A stretch of DNA of 64,000 nt from an uncultured Bdellovibrionales bacterium. GTDB taxonomy: Bacteria; Patescibacteriota; Minisyncoccia; Moranbacterales; UBA9337. Shown here one piece after another: positions 62,000 to 64,000 of the stretch; position 1 is the first letter of the stretch; each line of letters opens with the position of its first letter. Location: contig CAZSCV010000004.1 in assembly GCA_964605525.1 (NCBI GenBank), forward strand, positions 38,667-102,666, written 5' to 3'. The notes under the pieces were generated by a model. It searched no databases. It worked only from the letters and a program-made list of their open reading frames with translations, and had not been told where the DNA came from. Made by a program: the position numbers and the translations under genes.

Positions 62000-63301
62000 C
62001 TATTTCTCATCAACTGCCTCTTGCTCGCTGTTTTCTACTTTTTGTTCATCACCTTCCGGCGCAACCTCTTCTTTGCTTTTTCCTCCTACCACATCAATTT
62101 TCCAATCCGTGAGCTTGGCTGCCAAACGGACATTTTGTCCTCTTTTTCCAATCGCCAAAGACAATTGATCCTCGGGAACAACCACTTTCGCCTGCTTGGT
62201 GTTTTCATTTATTTCAATTGAAAGAACTTTAGCAGGACTCATTGCCGCACTGATAAATTTTTTCGGATCTTTGTTCCACAAAATAATATCAATTTTTTCT
62301 CCGCTCAATTCTTCAATAACCGCCTGAACGCGTGTTCCTTTTTGTCCCACGCAAGACCCAATCGGATCAATTCCCTCTTCTTTGGATGAAACGGCAATCT
62401 TGGTGCGTCCTCCGGCTTCTCTGGCAATGGCATTAATTTCCACTGTTCCGGCAAATATTTCCGGCACTTCTAATTCAAAAATCCGGCGCACCATTTCCGG
62501 ATGGGTTCTGGAAAGCAAAATTCCGGGACCCTTAGTGTCAGATTCAACTTTCACGATATATACTTTAATTCTTTGCCCGATACGATAATTTTCTCCTTCA
62601 ATTTGCTCAGATGGAAACAAGACTCCGGTGGATTTTCCCATATCAATAAACACATTACGCCCTTCAACCCGCTGCACTGTTCCGCTGATAATTTCACCTT
62701 CTTTCTCTTTGTATTCTTTGAACATCGCTTCTCTTTCAGCCTCTCGGATTCTTTGGATAATTACCTGCTTGGCTGTTTGAGCGGCAATCCGTCCGTAATC
62801 TTCTTTGGATTCCAATTCATTTTCAATAAAATCTCCGAGCTTGGCATCTTTTTTTACTTTCTTTGCTTCAGCCAAAAGAACATCCCTTTCCGGATTAAAT
62901 CGCGGCAATTTTTCCTCATCGGAAAGCGCGGACTCTTCGGACATAGCGGATTTCTCCGATTTTGCATCTTTTTTCTTGTCTGCTTTTTGCTCTTTGTTTT
63001 TTGCTCCTTGCTCTTTGTTCTCGTCCTCTTCAACGACAAATTCGCGAGTCGTTTCATCTACCACCTCTTTTACCAAGAAAAATTTGGTTCTTCCGGAAAT
63101 CTCATCGAACTGGGCGCGGATATTCTGGCTTCTTTTGCCATAATCCTTTTTATACGCCGCCGCTAGGGCCGCTTCAACAGTTTCAATTATTTTGGCTTTA
63201 TCGATGCCTTTTTCATCAGCAATTTGAGTGATTGCACTTCCAAATTCAACCAATTTCGCATTAGCTTCTTTTTCTTCTGTTTTCTTGCTTTTTTTTGCCA
63301 T
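62000..63301 (-). CDS. nusA: transcription termination factor NusA
   Basis: GRIAAQTAKQVI, EVPEI, AREAG.RTK, LSLAIGKRGQNVRLA. Confidence 0.96.
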   Translation of the reverse strand: MAKKSKKTEEKEANAKLVEFGSAITQIADEKGIDKAKIIETVEAALAAAYKKDYGKRSQNIRAQFDEISGRTKFFLVKEVVDETTREFVVEEDENKEQGAKNKEQKADKKKDAKSEKSAMSEESALSDEEKLPRFNPERDVLLAEAKKVKKDAKLGDFIENELESKEDYGRIAAQTAKQVIIQRIREAEREAMFKEYKEKEGEIISGTVQRVEGRNVFIDMGKSTGVLFPSEQIEGENYRIGQRIKVYIVKVESDTKGPGILLSRTHPEMVRRIFELEVPEIFAGTVEINAIAREAGGRTKIAVSSKEEGIDPIGSCVGQKGTRVQAVIEELSGEKIDIILWNKDPKKFISAAMSPAKVLSIEINENTKQAKVVVPEDQLSLAIGKRGQNVRLAAKLTDWKIDVVGGKSKEEVAPEGDEQKVENSEQEAVDEK

Positions 63302-63420
63302 ATAATTTTTTAAGTTAATTTAATAAAAAAGTTCGCTCTCAAAAGCGAACCCATCTCTCATCTCAATCCTATTTTCATTATAGCAAGCAAAAGGACTCAA
63401 GTCAAGGTGAGGCAAAAAGG

Positions 63421-63532
63421 TTTCAAGAGACCATACCCCGCGATCGCAAAGCGATTTCAAGAGACCATACCCCGCGATCGCAAAGCGGTTTCAAGGGGCC
63501 GTGCCCCGCGATCGCAAAGCGGTTTTGCGGGG
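63421..63532. repeat. 34-bp tandem repeat x3 ending in a GC hairpin
   Basis: TTTCAAGAGACCATACCCCGCGATCGCAAAGCG(A/G) twice, a diverged third unit, then TTTTGCGGGG. Confidence 0.9.
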
Positions 63533-63688
63533 TTGACTTTTTGACGAAAATATGCTAGGATAGAACGTTATGAAGGCGTTCTTCATAATTTGGCACTTTA
63601 CCCGATTTGAGGGAAAACCAAGAGCCAATCCCGGCTCTTTGACAAGTTAATATTATGCAAAAAAGTCCAAAAGGACAAGGAGGATGTT

Positions 63689-64000
63689 ATGGCGATAGGA
63701 AGATTTCTGGGTGAAGCAATAACGGAAGGACTCATTTTCCGTTTTTTAGCAAACATATGGCGATCCCTAAGCGGTGCCGCCACTGGAAAACTCGGAGAAA
63801 AGGTAGTAGAAAAAATGGTAGATAGTCAAGGTCGTAGCCTTGATGATGAAACATATTTTTCCGCTTTGTTGGCCAAAGCGCAAGACCCAAATAATAGGAA
63901 AAGTATTCTTCGTGAGGTCATAAAAGAATTAGATGAGGAAGATGCTCGGAATAAAACTCGCTATGTAAGAAATTTCCGACTCATCATTGCGATCGATGTA
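63689..64000 (+). CDS. hypothetical protein (partial)
   Basis: AGGAGG RBS; 104 open codons from MAIGRFLGEA to the window end. Confidence 0.7.
   Translation, partial: MAIGRFLGEAITEGLIFRFLANIWRSLSGAATGKLGEKVVEKMVDSQGRSLDDETYFSALLAKAQDPNNRKSILREVIKELDEEDARNKTRYVRNFRLIIAIDV

Noticed and set aside
63421-63532. CRISPR array
   Set aside because: Units are contiguous with no spacers and no cas genes are nearby; the same holds for 52244-52329.

Overview
64 kb of a low-GC chromosome read with the standard genetic code. Gene content and style point to a Patescibacteria/CPR (Parcubacteria, Moranbacteria-like) genome; this assignment is an inference. The backbone is housekeeping: gyrB, two uvrA, uvrB, uvrC, efp, rpsF-ssb-rpsR, rplS, S1, cmk, tilS, ftsH, HU, rny, gpmI, clpP, tig, ppa, nusA and seven tRNAs. 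There is also a SipW/TasA-type operon and several cell-wall-hydrolase-like genes. Five observations stand out. (1) A ~100-nt, promoter-equipped hairpin RNA at 34957-35054 is a miniaturised copy of 23S rRNA helices 67-68-69 and is the only cargo between two att-like repeats. (2) A complete diversity-generating retroelement (55850-58766) has RT and Avd genes overlapping head-to-head across one G9/C9 tract; removing one base puts both in frame with ATG starts. (3) A group I intron interrupts tRNA-Phe(GAA). (4) A cassette array next to tRNA-Gly is punctuated by a repeated TTAGAACTGGATTTAT site. (5) A family of ~150-bp hairpin elements keeps its internal motifs while the stems co-vary. All calls were made by eye; no searches were run.
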